Source of the DNA: Eledone cirrhosa
Lineage: Eukaryota
NCBI GenBank assembly: GCA_964016885.1
Contig: OZ024743.1
Span: 76,880,001 to 76,944,000, forward strand
Direction of reading: 5' to 3'
DNA: 64,000 nt
Shown here piece by piece: positions 1 to 15,000 of the stretch. Position 1 is the first letter of the stretch, and the number at the start of each line of letters is the position of its first letter. The notes below the pieces were generated by a model. The model had not been told where the DNA came from and did not search any database. It saw only the letters and a program-made list of their open reading frames with translations. A program made the position numbers and the translations under genes.

Positions 1-3000
1 TCTACTGTTAGAGAGACAGTGTGGTGTCTACTGTCAGAGAGACAGTGTGATGTCTACTGTTAGAGACAGTGTGATGTCTACTGTTAGAGACAGTGTGGTG
101 TCTACTGTTAGAGACAGTGTGATGTCTACTGTTAGAGAGGCAGTGTGATGTCTACTGTTAGAGAGACAGTGTGATGTCTACTGTTAGAGAGACAGTGTGA
201 TGTCTACTGTTAGAGAGACAGTGTGGTGTCTACTGTTAGAGAGACAGTGTGATGTCTACTGTTAGAGACAGTGTGGTGTCTACTGTTAGAGAGACAGTGT
301 GGTGTCTACTGTTAGAGAGACAGTGTGATGTCTACTGTTAGAGACAGTGTGGTTTCTACTGTTAGAGAGACAGTGTGATGTCTACTGTTAGAGACAGTGT
401 GATGTCTACTGTTAGAGAGAAAGTGTGATGTCTACTGTTAGAGAGACAGTGTGGTGTCTACTGTTAGAGAGACAGTGTGATGTCTACTGTTAGAGACAGT
501 GTGATGTCTACTGTTAGATACAGTGTGGTGTCTACTGTTAGAGACAGTGTGGTGTCTACTGTTAGAGAGGCAGTATGATTTCTGCTGTTAGAGAGACAGT
601 GTGGTGTCTACTGTTAGAGAGACAGTGTGGTGTCTACTGTTAGAGAGACAGTGTGATGTCTACTGTTAGAGACAGTGTGGTGTCTACTGTTAGAGAGACA
701 GTGTGATGTCTACTGTTAGAGACAGTGTGATGTCTACTGTTAGAGAGAAAGTGTGATGTCTACTGTTAGAGAGACAGTGTGGTGTCTACTGTTAGAGAGA
801 CAATGTGATGTCTACTGTTAGAGACAGTGTGATGTCTACTGTTAGAGAGAGAGTGTGATGTCTACTGTTAGATACAGTGTGGTGTCTAGTGTTAGAGACA
901 GTGTGATGTCTACTGTTAGAGACAGTGTGGTGTCTACTGTTAGAGACAGTGTGATGTCTACTGTTAGAGAGACAGTGGGGTGTCTATTGTTAAAGACAGT
1001 GTGGTGTCTACTGTTAAAGACAGTGTGGTGTCTACTGTTAGAGAGACAGTGTGGTGTCTACTGTTAGAGACAGTGTAATGTTTACTGTTAGAGAGACAGT
1101 GTGGTGTCTACTGTTAGAGACAGTGTGATGTCTACTGTTAGAGACAGTGTGGTGTCTACTGTTAGAGAGACAGTGTGGTGTCTACTGTTAGAGACAGTGT
1201 GATGTCTACTGTTAGAGACAGTGTGATGTCTACTGTTATAGACAGTGTGGTGTCTACTGTTAGAGAGACAATGTGATGTCTACTGTTAGAGAGACAGTGT
1301 GGTGTCTACTGTTAGAGAGACAGTGTGATGTCTACTGTTAGAGACAGTGTGATGTCTACTGTTAGAGACAGTGTGGTGTCTACTGTTAGAGACAGTGTGG
1401 TGTCTACTGTTAGAGACAGTGTGATGTCTACTGTTAGAGAGACAGTGTGATCTCTACTGTTAGAGACAGTGTGACGTCTACTGCTAGAGACAGTGTGGTG
1501 TCTACTGTTAGAGACAGTGTGGTGTCTACTGTTAGAGAGACAGTGTGATGTCTACTGTTAGAGACAGTGTGGTGTCTACTGTTAGAGAGACAGTGTGGTG
1601 TCTACTGTTAGAGAGACAGTGTGATGTCTACTCTTAGAGAGACAGTGTGATATCTACTGTTAGAGACAGTGTGATGTCTATTGTTAGAGACAGTATGATG
1701 TCTACTGTTAGAGACAGTGTGGTGTCTACTGTTAGAGACAGTGTGGTGTCTACTGTTAGAGACAGTGTGGTGTCTACTGTTAGAGACAGTGTAGTTTCTA
1801 CTGTTAGTGAGACAGTGTGATGTCTACTGTTAGAGACAGTGTGATGTCTACTGTTAGAGACAGTGTGATGTCTACTGTTAGAGACAGTATGGTGTCTACT
1901 GTTAGAGACAGTGTGGTGTCTACCGTTAGAGACAGTGTGGTGTCTACTGTTAGAGAGACAGTGTGATGTCTACTGTTAGAGACAGTGTGATGTCTACTGT
2001 TAGAGACAGTGTCATGTCTACTGTTAGAGAGGTAGTGTGATGTCTACTGTTAGAGAGACAGTGTGGTGTCTACTGTTAGAGAGACAGTGTGATGTCTACT
2101 GTTAGAGAGACAGTGTGGGGTCTACTGTTAGAGAGACAGTGTGATGTCTACTGTTAGAGAGACAGTGTGGTGTCTACTGTTAGAGAGACAGTGTGATGTC
2201 TACTGTTAGAGACAGTGTGATGTCTACTGTTAGAGACAGTGTGATGTCTACTGTTAGAGAGGCAGTGTGATGTCTACTGTTAGAGAGACAGTGTGACGTC
2301 TACTGTTAGAGAGACAGTGTGATGTCTACTGTTAGAGAGACAGTGTGGTGTCTACTGTTAGAGAGACAGTGTGATGTCTACTGTTAGAGACAGTGTGATG
2401 TCTACTGTTAGAGACAGTGTGGTGTCTACTGTTAGAGAGACAGTGTGGTGTCTACTGTTAGAGAGACAGTGTCATATCTACTGTTAGATAGAGTGTGGTG
2501 TCTACTGTTAGAGACAGTGTGGTGTCTACTGTTAGAGAGGCAGTATGATTTCTGCTGTTAGAGAGACAGTGTGATGTCTACTGTTAGAGAGACAGTGTGG
2601 GGTCTACTGTTAGAGAGACAGTGTGATGTCTACTGTTAGAGAGACAGTGTGGTGTCTACTGTCAGAGAGACAGTGTGATGTCTACTGTTAGAGACAGTGT
2701 GATGTCTACTGTTAGAGACAGTGTGGTGTCTACTGTTAGAGACAGTGTGATGTCTACTGTTAGAGAGGCAGTGTGATGTCTACTGTTAGAGAGACAGTGT
2801 GATGTCTACTGTTAGAGAGACAGTGTGATGTCTACTGTTAGAGAGACAGTGTGGTGTCTACTGTTAGAGAGACAGTGTGATGTCTACTGTTAGAGACAGT
2901 GTGGTGTCTACTGTTAGAGAGACAGTGTGGTGTCTACTGTTAGAGAGACAGTGTGATGTCTACTGTTAGAGACAGTGTGGTTTCTACTGTTAGAGAGACA

Positions 3001-6000
3001 GTGTGATGTCTACTGTTAGAGACAGTGTGATGTCTACTGTTAGAGAGAAAGTGTGATGTCTACTGTTAGAGAGACAGTGTGGTGTCTACTGTTAGAGAGA
3101 CAGTGTGATGTCTACTGTTAGAGACAGTGTGATGTCTACTGTTAGATACAGTGTGGTGTCTACTGTTAGAGACAGTGTGGTGTCTACTGTTAGAGAGGCA
3201 GTATGATTTCTGCTGTTAGAGAGACAGTGTGGTGTCTACTGTTAGAGAGACAGTGTGGTGTCTACTGTTAGAGAGACAGTGTGATGTCTACTGTTAGAGA
3301 CAGTGTGGTGTCTACTGTTAGAGAGACAGTGTGATGTCTACTGTTAGAGACAGTGTGATGTCTACTGTTAGAGAGAAAGTGTGATGTCTACTGTTAGAGA
3401 GACAGTGTGGTGTCTACTGTTAGAGAGACAATGTGATGTCTACTGTTAGAGACAGTGTGATGTCTACTGTTAGAGAGAGAGTGTGATGTCTACTGTTAGA
3501 TACAGTGTGGTGTCTAGTGTTAGAGACAGTGTGATGTCTACTGTTAGAGACAGTGTGGTGTCTACTGTTAGAGACAGTGTGATGTCTACTGTTAGAGAGA
3601 CAGTGGGGTGTCTATTGTTAAAGACAGTGTGGTGTCTACTGTTAAAGACAGTGTGGTGTCTACTGTTAGAGAGACAGTGTGGTGTCTACTGTTAGAGACA
3701 GTGTAATGTTTACTGTTAGAGAGACAGTGTGGTGTCTACTGTTAGAGACAGTGTGATGTCTACTGTTAGAGACAGTGTGGTGTCTACTGTTAGAGAGACA
3801 GTGTGGTGTCTACTGTTAGAGACAGTGTGATGTCTACTGTTAGAGACAGTGTGATGTCTACTGTTATAGACAGTGTGGTGTCTACTGTTAGAGAGACAAT
3901 GTGATGTCTACTGTTAGAGACAGTGTGATGTCTACTGTTAGAGAGACAGTGTGATGTCTACTGTTAGAGAGACAGTGTGATGTCTACTGTTAGAGAGACA
4001 GTGTGATGTCTGCTGTTAGAGACAGTGTGATGTCTACTGTTAGAGAGACAGTGTGATGTCTACTGTTAGAGACAGTGTGATGTCTACTGTTAGAGACAGT
4101 GTGGTGTCTACTGTTAGAGACAGTATGATGTCTACTGTTAGAGAGACAGTGTGATGTCTACTGTTAGAGACAGTGTGATGTCTACTGTTAGAAACAGTGT
4201 GGTGTCTACTCTTACAGAGACAGTGTGGTGTCTACTGTTAGAGACAGTGTGGTGTCTACTGTTAGAGACAGTGTGATGTCTACTGTTAGAGAGACAGTGT
4301 GGTGTCTACTGTTAAAGACAGTGTGGTGTCTACTGTTAAAGACAGTGTGGTGTCTACTGTTAGAGACAGTGTGATGTTTACTGTTAGAGAGACAGTGTGG
4401 TGTCTACTGTTAGAGACAGTGTGATGTCTACTGTTAGAGACAGTGTGATGTCTACTGTTAGAGAGACAGTGTGGTGTCTACTGTTAGAGACAGTGTGGTG
4501 TCTACTGTTAGAGACAGTGTGATGTCTACTGTTAGAGAGACAGTGTGGTGTCTACTGTTAGAGACAGTGTGATGTCTACTGTTAGAGACAGTGTGATGTC
4601 TACTGTTAGAGAGACAGTGTGGTGTCTACTGTTAGAGACAGTGTGGTGTCTACTGTTAGAGACAGTGTGATGTCTACTGTTAGAGAGACAGTGTGATGTC
4701 TACTGTTAGAGACAGTGTGATGTCTACTGTTAGAGAGACAGTGTGGTGTCTACTGTTAGAGAGACAGTGTGGTGTCTACTGTTAGAGACAGTGTGATGTC
4801 TACTGTTAGAGACAGTGTGATGTTTACTGTTAGAGACAGTGTGGTGTCTACTGTTAGAGATAGTGTGGTGTCTACTGTTAGAGACAGTGTGATGTCTACT
4901 GTTAGAGAGACAGTGTGATGTTTACTGTTAAAGACAGTGTGATGTCTACTGTTAGAGACAGTGTGATGTCTACTGTTAGAGACAGTGTGATGTCTACTGT
5001 TAGAGACAGTGTGGTGTCTACCGTTAGAAAGACAGTGTGATGTCTACAGTTAGAGACAGTGTGATGTCTACTGTTAGAGAGACAGTGTGATGTCTACTGT
5101 TAGAGAGACAGTGTGGTGTCTACTGTTAGAGACAGTGTGGTGTCTACTCTTAGAGAGACAGTGTGATGTCTACTGTTAGATACAGTGTGGTGTCTAGTGT
5201 TAGAGACAGTGTGATGTCTACTGTTAGAGAGACAGTGTGGTGTCTACTGTTAGACACAGTGTGATGTCTACTGTTAGAGCGACAGTGTGATGTCTACTGT
5301 TAGAGACAGTGTGATGTCTACTGTTAGAGACAGTGTGATGTCTACTGTTAGAGAGACAGTGGGATCTCTACTGTTAGAGACAGTGTGACGTCTACTGCTA
5401 GAGACAGTGTGGTGTCTACTGTTAGAGAGACAGTGTGATGTCTACTGTTAGAGAGACAGTGTGGTGTCTACTGTTAGAGAGACAGTGTGGTGTCTAATGT
5501 TAGAGAGACAGTGTGATGTCTACTGTTAGAGACAGTGTGATGTCTACTGTTAGAGACAGTGTGGTGTCTACTGTTAGAGACAGTGTGGTGTCTACTGTTA
5601 GAGACAGTGTGATGTCTACTGTTAGAGAGACAGTGTGATCTCTACTGTTAGAGACAGTGTGACGTCTACTGCTAGAGACAGTGTGGTGTCTACTGTTAGA
5701 GAGACAGTGTGATGTCTACTGTTAGAGACAGTGTGGTGTCTACCGTTAGAGAGACAGTGTGGTGTCTAATGTTAGAGAGACAGTGTGATGTCTACTCTTA
5801 GAGAGACAGTGTGATATCTACTGTTAGAGACAGTGTGATGTCTATTGTTAGAGACAGTATGATGTCTACTGTTAGAGACAGTGTGGTGTCTACTGTTAGA
5901 GACAGTGTGGTGTCTACTGTTAGAGACAGTGTGGTGTCTACTGTTAGAGACAGTGTAGTTTCTACTGTTAGTGAGACAGTGTGATGTCTACTGTTAGAGA

Positions 6001-9000
6001 CAGTGTGATGTCTACTGTTAGAGACAGTGTGATGTCTACTGTTAGAGACAGTATGGTGTCTACTGTTAGAGACAGTGTGGTGTCTACCGTTAGAGACAGT
6101 GTGGTGTCTACTGTTAGAGAGACAGTGTGATGTCTACTGTTAGAGACTGTGTGATGTCTACTGTTAGAGACAGTGTCATGTCTACTGTTAGAGAGGTAGT
6201 GTGATGTCTACTGTTAGAGAGACAGTGTGGTGTCTACTGTTAGAGAGACAGTGTGATGTCTATTGTTAGAGAGACAGTGTGGGGTCTACTGTTAGAGAGA
6301 CAGTGTGATGTCTACTGTTAGAGAGACAGTGTGGTGTCTACTGTTAGAGAGACAGTGTGATGTCTACTGTTAGAGACAGTGTGATGTCTACTGTTAGAGA
6401 CAGTGTGATGTCTACTGTTAGAGAGGCAGTGTGATGTCTACTGTTAGAGAGACAGTGTGACGTCTACTGTTAGAGAGACAGTGTGATGTCTACTGTTAGA
6501 GAGACAGTGTGGTGTCTACTGTTAGAGAGACAGTGTGATGTCTACTGTTAGAGACAGTGTGATGTCTACTGTTAGAGACAGTGTGGTGTCTACTGTTAGA
6601 GAGACAGTGTGGTGTCTACTGTTAGAGAGACAGTGTCATATCTACTGTTAGATAGAGTGTGGTGTCTACTGTTAGAGACAGTGTGGTGTCTACTGTTAGA
6701 GAGGCAGTATGATTTCTGCTGTTAGAGAGACAGTGTGATGTCTACTGTTAGAGAGACAGTGTGGGGTCTACTGTTAGAGAGACAGTGTGATGTCTACTGT
6801 TAGAGAGACAGTGTGGTGTCTACTGTTAGAGAGACAGTGTGATGTCTACTGTTAGAGACAGTGTGATGTCTACTGTTAGAGACAGTGAGGTGTCTACTGT
6901 TAGAGACAGTGTGATGTCTACTGTTAGAGAGGCAGTGTGATGTCTACTGTTAGAGAGACAGTGTGATGTCTACTGTTAGAGAGACAGTGTGATGTCTACT
7001 GTTAGAGAGACAGTGTGGTGTCTACTGTTAGAGAGACAGTGTGATGTCTACTGTTAGAGACAGTGTGGTGTCTACTGTTAGAGAGACAGTGTGGTGTCTA
7101 CTGTTAGAGAGACAGTGTGATGTCTACTGTTAGAGACAGTGTGGTTTCTACTGTTAGAGAGACAGTGTGATGTCTACTGTTAGAGACAGTGTGATGTCTA
7201 CTGTTAGAAACAGTGTGGTGTCTACTCTTACAGAGACAGTGTGGTGTCTACTGTTAGAGACAGTGTGGTGTCTACTGTTAGAGAGACAGTGTGGTGTCTA
7301 CTGTTAGAGACAGTGTGATGTCTACTGTTAGAGAGACAGTGTGGTGTCTACTGTTAGAGACAGTGTGGTGTCTACTGTTAGAGAGACAGTGTGGTGTCTA
7401 CTGTTAGAGACAGTGTGGTGTCTACTGTTAGAGACAGTGTGATGTCTACTGTTAGAGAGACAGTGTGGTGTCTACTGTTAGAGACAGTGTGATGTCTACT
7501 GTTAGAGACAGTGTGATGTCTACTGTTAGAGAGACAGTGTGGTGTCTACTGTTAGAGACAGTGTGGTGTCTACTGTTAGAGACAGTGTGATGTCTACTGT
7601 TAGAGAGACAGTGTGATGTCTACTGTTAGAGACAGTGTGATGTCTACTGTTAGAGAGACAGTGTGGTGTCTACTGTTAGAGAGACAGTGTGGTGTCTACT
7701 GTTAGAGAGAGTGTGATGTCTACTGTTAGAGACAGTGTGATGTTTACTGTTAGAGACAGTGTGGTGTCTACTGTTAGAGATAGTGTGGTGTCTACTGTTA
7801 GAGACAGTGTGATGTCTACTGTTAGAGAGACAGTGTGATGTTTACTGTTAAAGACAGTGTGATGTCTACTGTTAGAGACAGTGTGATGTCTACTGTTAGA
7901 GACAGTGTGATGTCTACTGTTAGAGACAGTGTGGTGTCTACCGCTAGAAAGACAGTGTGATGTCTACAGTTAGAGACAGTGTGATGTCTACTGTTAGAGA
8001 GACAGTGTGATGTCTACTGTTAGAGAGACAGTGTGGTGTCTACTGTTAGAGACAGTGTGGTGTCTACTCTTAGAGAGACAGTGTGATGTCTACTGTTAGA
8101 TACAGTGTGGTGTCTAGTGTTAGAGACAGTGTGATGTCTACTGTTAGAGAGACAGTGTGGTGTCTACTGTTAGAGACAGTGTGATGTCTACTGTTAGAGC
8201 GACAGTGTGATGTCTACTGTTAGAGACAGTGTGATGTGTACTGTTAGAGACAGTGTGATGTCTACTGTTAGAGAGACAGTGTGATCTCTACTGTTAGAGA
8301 CAGTGTGACGTCTACTGCTAGAGACAGTGTGGTGTCTACTGTTAGAGAGACAGTGTGATGTCTACTGTTAGAGAGACAGTGTGGTGTCTACTGTTAGAGA
8401 GACAGTGTGGTGTCTAATGTTAGAGAGACAGTGTGATGTCTACTGTTAGAGACAGTGTGATGTCTACTGTTAGAGACAGTGTGGTGTCTACTGTTAGAGA
8501 GACAATGTGATGTCTACTGTTAGAGACAGTGTGATGTCTACTGTTAGAGAGAGTGTGGTGTCTACTGTTAGAGACAGTATGATGTCTACTGTTAGAGAGA
8601 CAGTGTGATGTCTACTGTTAGAGACAGTGTGATGTCTACTGTTAGAAACAGTGTGGTGTCTACTCTTACAGAGACAGTGTGGTGTCTACTGTTAGAGACA
8701 GTGTGATGTCTACTGTTAGAGACAGTGTGATGTCTACTGTTAGAGAGAAAGTGTGATGTCTACTGTTAGAGAGACAGTGTGGTGTCTACTGTTAGAGAGA
8801 CAATGTGATGTCTACTGTTAGAGACAGTGTGATGTCTACTGTTAGAGAGAGAGTGTGATGTCTACTGTTAGAGACAGTGTGGTGTCTACTGTTAGAGACA
8901 TTGTGATGTCTACTGTTAGAGAGACAGTGTGATCTCTACTGTTAGAGACAGTGTGACGTCTACTGCTAGAGACAGTGTGGTGTCTACTGTTAGAGACAGT

Positions 9001-12000
9001 GTGGTGTCTACTGTTAGAGAGACAGTGTGATGTCTACTGTTAGAGACAGTGTGGTGTCTACTGTTAGAGAGACAGTGTGGTGTCTACTGTTAGAGAGACA
9101 GTGTGATGTCTACTCTTAGAGAGACAGTGTGATATCTACTGTTAGAGACAGTGTGATGTCTATTGTTAGAGACAGTATGATGTCTACTGTTAGAGACAGT
9201 GTGGTGTCTACTGTTAGAGACAGTGTGGTGTCTACTGTTAGAGACAGTGTGGTGTCTACTGTTAGAGACAGTGTAGTTTCTACTGTTAGTGAGACAGTGT
9301 GATGTCTACTGTTAGAGACAGTGTGATGTCTACTGTTAGAGACAGTGTGATGTCTACTGTTAGAGACAGTATGGTGTCTACTGTTAGAGACAGTGTGGTG
9401 TCTACCGTTAGAGACAGTGTGGTGTCTACTGTTAGAGAGACAGTGTGATGTCTACTGTTAGAGACAGTGTGATGTCTACTGTTAGAGACAGTGTCATGTC
9501 TACTGTTAGAGAGGTAGTGTGATGTCTACTGTTAGAGAGACAGTGTGGTGTCTACTGTTAGAGAGACAGTGTGATGTCTACTGTTAGAGAGACAGTGTGG
9601 GGTCTACTGTTAGAGAGACAGTGTGATGTCTACTGTTAGAGAGACAGTGTGGTGTCTACTGTTAGAGAGACAGTGTGATGTCTACTGTTAGAGACAGTGT
9701 GATGTCTACTGTTAGAGACAGTTTGATGTCTACTGTTAGAGAGGCAGTGTGATGTCTACTGTTAGAGAGACAGTGTGACGTCTACTGTTAGAGAGACAGT
9801 GTGATGTCTACTGTTAGAGAGACAGTGTGGTGTCTACTGTTAGAGAGACAGTGTGATGTCTACTGTTAGAGACAGTGTGATGTCTACTGTTAGAGACAGT
9901 GTGGTGTCTACTGTTAGAGAGACAGTGTGGTGTCTACTGTTAGAGAGACAGTGTCATATCTACTGTTAGATAGAGTGTGGTGTCTACTGTTAGAGACAGT
10001 GTGGTGTCTACTGTTAGAGAGGCAGTATGATTTCTGCTGTTAGAGAGACAGTGTGATGTCTACTGTTAGAGAGACAGTGTGGGGTCTACTGTTAGAGAGA
10101 CAGTGTGATGTCTACTGTTAGAGAGACAGTGTGGTGTCTACTGTTAGAGAGACAGTGTGATGTCTACTGTTAGAGACAGTGTGATGTCTACTGTTAGAGA
10201 CAGTGAGGTGTCTACTGTTAGAGACAGTGTGATGTCTACTGTTAGAGAGGCAGTATGATTTCTGCTGTTAGAGAGACAGTGTGATGTCTACTGTTAGAGA
10301 GACAGTGTGGGGTCTACTGTTAGAGAGACAGTGTGATGTCTACTGTTAGAGAGACAGTGTGGTGTCTACTGTTAGAGAGACAGTGTGATGTCTACTGTTA
10401 GAGACAGTGTGATGTCTACTGTTAGAGACAGTGTGGTGTCTACCGCTAGAAAGACAGTGTGATGTCTACAGTTAGAGACAGTGTGATGTCTACTGTTAGA
10501 GAGACAGTGTGATGTCTACTGTTAGAGAGACAGTGTGGTGTCTACTGTTAGAGACAGTGTGGTGTCTACTCTTAGAGAGACAGTGTGATGTCTACTGTTA
10601 GATACAGTGTGGTGTCTAGTGTTAGAGACAGTGTGATGTCTACTGTTAGAGAGACAGTGTGGTGTCTACTGTTAGAGACAGTGTGATGTCTACTGTTAGA
10701 GCGACAGTGTGATGTCTACTGTTAGAGACAGTGTGATGTGTACTGTTAGAGACAGTGTGATGTCTACTGTTAGAGAGACAGTGTGATCTCTACTGTTAGA
10801 GACAGTGTGACGTCTACTGCTAGAGACAGTGTGGTGTCTACTGTTAGAGAGACAGTGTGATGTCTACTGTTAGAGAGACAGTGTGGTGTCTACTGTTAGA
10901 GAGACAGTGTGGTGTCTAATGTTAGAGAGACAGTGTGATGTCTACTGTTAGAGACAGTGTGATGTCTACTGTTAGAGACAGTGTGGTGTCTACTGTTAGA
11001 GAGACAATGTGATGTCTACTGTTAGAGACAGTGTGATGTCTACTGTTAGAGAGAGTGTGGTGTCTACTGTTAGAGACAGTATGATGTCTACTGTTAGAGA
11101 GACAGTGTGATGTCTACTGTTAGAGACAGTGTGATGTCTACTGTTAGAAACAGTGTGGTGTCTACTCTTACAGAGACAGTGTGGTGTCTACTGTTAGAGA
11201 CAGTGTGATGTCTACTGTTAGAGACAGTGTGATGTCTACTGTTAGAGAGAAAGTGTGATGTCTACTGTTAGAGAGACAGTGTGGTGTCTACTGTTAGAGA
11301 GACAATGTGATGTCTACTGTTAGAGACAGTGTGATGTCTACTGTTAGAGAGAGAGTGTGATGTCTACTGTTAGAGACAGTGTGGTGTCTACTGTTAGAGA
11401 CATTGTGATGTCTACTGTTAGAGAGACAGTGTGATCTCTACTGTTAGAGACAGTGTGACGTCTACTGCTAGAGACAGTGTGGTGTCTACTGTTAGAGACA
11501 GTGTGGTGTCTACTGTTAGAGAGACAGTGTGATGTCTACTGTTAGAGACAGTGTGGTGTCTACTGTTAGAGAGACAGTGTGGTGTCTACTGTTAGAGAGA
11601 CAGTGTGATGTCTACTCTTAGAGAGACAGTGTGATATCTACTGTTAGAGACAGTGTGATGTCTATTGTTAGAGACAGTATGATGTCTACTGTTAGAGACA
11701 GTGTGGTGTCTACTGTTAGAGACAGTGTGGTGTCTACTGTTAGAGACAGTGTGGTGTCTACTGTTAGAGACAGTGTAGTTTCTACTGTTAGTGAGACAGT
11801 GTGATGTCTACTGTTAGAGACAGTGTGATGTCTACTGTTAGAGACAGTGTGATGTCTACTGTTAGAGACAGTATGGTGTCTACTGTTAGAGACAGTGTGG
11901 TGTCTACCGTTAGAGACAGTGTGGTGTCTACTGTTAGAGAGACAGTGTGATGTCTACTGTTAGAGACAGTGTGATGTCTACTGTTAGAGACAGTGTCATG

Positions 12001-15000
12001 TCTACTGTTAGAGAGGTAGTGTGATGTCTACTGTTAGAGAGACAGTGTGGTGTCTACTGTTAGAGAGACAGTGTGATGTCTACTGTTAGAGAGACAGTGT
12101 GGGGTCTACTGTTAGAGAGACAGTGTGATGTCTACTGTTAGAGAGACAGTGTGGTGTCTACTGTTAGAGAGACAGTGTGATGTCTACTGTTAGAGACAGT
12201 GTGATGTCTACTGTTAGAGACAGTGTGATGTCTACTGTTAGAGAGGCAGTGTGATGTCTACTGTTAGAGAGACAGTGTGACGTCTACTGTTAGAGAGACA
12301 GTGTGATGTCTACTGTTAGAGAGACAGTGTGGTGTCTACTGTTAGAGAGACAGTGTGATGTCTACTGTTAGAGACAGTGTGATGTCTACTGTTAGAGACA
12401 GTGTGGTGTCTACTGTTAGAGAGACAGTGTGGTGTCTACTGTTAGAGAGACAGTGTCATATCTACTGTTAGATAGAGTGTGGTGTCTACTGTTAGAGACA
12501 GTGTGGTGTCTACTGTTAGAGAGGCAGTATGATTTCTGCTGTTAGAGAGACAGTGTGATGTCTACTGTTAGAGAGACAGTGTGGGGTCTACTGTTAGAGA
12601 GACAGTGTGATGTCTACTGTTAGAGAGACAGTGTGGTGTCTACTGTTAGAGAGACAGTGTGATGTCTACTGTTAGAGACAGTGTGATGTCTACTGTTAGA
12701 GACAGTGAGGTGTCTACTGTTAGAGACAGTGTGATGTCTACTGTTAGAGAGGCAGTATGATTTCTGCTGTTAGAGAGACAGTGTGATGTCTACTGTTAGA
12801 GAGACAGTGTGGGGTCTACTGTTAGAGAGACAGTGTGATGTCTACTGTTAGAGAGACAGTGTGGTGTCTACTGTTAGAGAGACAGTGTGATGTCTACTGT
12901 TAGAGACAGTGTGATGTCTACTGTTAGAGACAGTGTGGTGTCTACTGTTAGAGACAGTGTGATGTCTACTGTTAGAGAGGCAGTGTGATGTCTACTGTTA
13001 GAGAGACAGTGTGATGTCTACTGTTAGAGAGACAGTGTGATGTCTACTGTTAGAGAGACAGTGTGGTGTCTACTGTTAGAGAGACAGTGTGATGTCTACT
13101 GTTAGAGACAGTGTGGTGTCTACTGTTAGAGAGACAGTGTGGTGTCTACTGTTAGAGAGACAGTGTGATGTCTACTGTTAGAGACAGTGTGGTTTCTACT
13201 GTTAGAGAGACAGTGTGATGTCTACTGTTAGAGAGAAAGTGTGATGTCTACTGTTAGAGAGACAGTGTGGTGTCTACTGTTAGAGAGACAGTGTGATGTC
13301 TACTGTTAGAGACAGTGTGATGTCTACTGTTAGATACAGTGTGGTGTCTACTGTTAGAGACAGTGTGGTGTCTACTGTTAGAGAGGCAGTATGATTTCTG
13401 CTGTTAGAGAGACAGTGTGGTGTCTACTGTTAGAGAGACAGTGTGGTGTCTACTGTTAGAGAGACAGTGTGATGTCTACTGTTAGAGACAGTGTGGTGTC
13501 TACTGTTAGAGAGACAGTGTGATGTCTACTGTTAGAGACAGTGTGATGTCTACTGTTAGAGAGAAAATGTGATGTCTACTGTTAGAGAGACAGTGTGGTG
13601 TCTACTGTTAGAGAGACAATGTGATGTCTACTGTTAGAGACAGTGTGATGTCTACTGTTAGAGAGAGAGTGTGATGTCTACTGTTAGATACAGTGTGGTG
13701 TCTAGTGTTAGAGACAGTGTGATGTCTACTGTTAGAGACAGTGTGGTGTCTACTGTTAGAGACAGTGTGATGTCTACTGTTAGAGAGACAGTGGGGTGTC
13801 TATTGTTAAAGACAGTGTGGTGTCTACTGTTAAAGACAGTGTGGTGTCTACTGTTAGAGAGACAGTGTGGTGTCTACTGTTAGAGACAGTGTAATGTTTA
13901 CTGTTAGAGAGACAGTGTGGTGTCTACTGTTAGAGACAGTGTGATGTCTACTGTTAGAGACAGTGTGGTGTCTACTGTTAGAGAGACAGTGTGGTGTCTA
14001 CTGTTAGAGACAGTGTGATGTCTACTGTTAGAGACAGTGTGATGTCTACTGTTATAGACAGTGTGGTGTCTACTGTTAGAGAGACAATGTGATGTCTACT
14101 GTTAGAGACAGTGTGATGTCTACTGTTAGAGAGACAGTGTGATGTCTACTGTTAGAGAGACAGTGTGATGTCTACTGTTAGAGAGACAGTGTGATGTCTG
14201 CTGTTAGAGACAGTGTGATGTCTACTGTTAGAGAGACAGTGTGATGTCTACTGTTAGAGACAGTGTGATGTCTACTGTTAGAGACAGTGTGGTGTCTACT
14301 GTTAGAGACAGTATGATGTCTACTGTTAGAGAGACAGTGTGATGTCTACTGTTAGAGACAGTGTGATGTCTACTGTTAGAAACAGTGTGGTGTCTACTCT
14401 TACAGAGACAGTGTGGTTTCTACTGTTAGAGACAATGTGGTGTCTACTGTTAGAGACAGTGTGATGTCTACTGTTAGAGAGACAGTGTGGTGTCTACTGT
14501 TAAAGACAGTGTGGTGTCTACTGTTAAAGACAGTGTGGTGTCTACTGTTAGAGACAGTGTGATGTTTACTGTTAGAGAGACAGTGTGGTGTCTACTGTTA
14601 GAGACAGTGTGATGTCTACTGTTAGAGACAGTGTGATGTCTACTGTTAGAGAGACAGTGTGGTGTCTACTGTTAGAGACAGTGTGGTGTCTACTGTTAGA
14701 GACAGTGTGATGTCTACTGTTAGAGAGACAGTGTGATGTCTACTGTTAGAGACAGTGTGATGTCTACTGTTAGAGAGACAGTGTGGTGTCTACTGTTAGA
14801 GAGACAGTGTGATGTCTACTGTTAGAGACAGTGTGCTGTCTACTGTTAGAGACAGTGTGGTGTCTACTGTTAGAGAGACAGTGTGGTGTATACTGTTAGA
14901 GACAGTGTGATGTCTACGGTTAGAGACAGTGTGATGTTTACTGTTAGAGACAGTGTGGTGTCTACTGTTAGTGATAGTGTGGTGTCTACTGTTAGAGACA

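Noticed and set aside
1-60. RAG/Transib heptamer similarity (GACAGTG vs CACAGTG)
   Set aside because: The mismatch is at the critical first position and there is no nonamer at 12/23 spacing.
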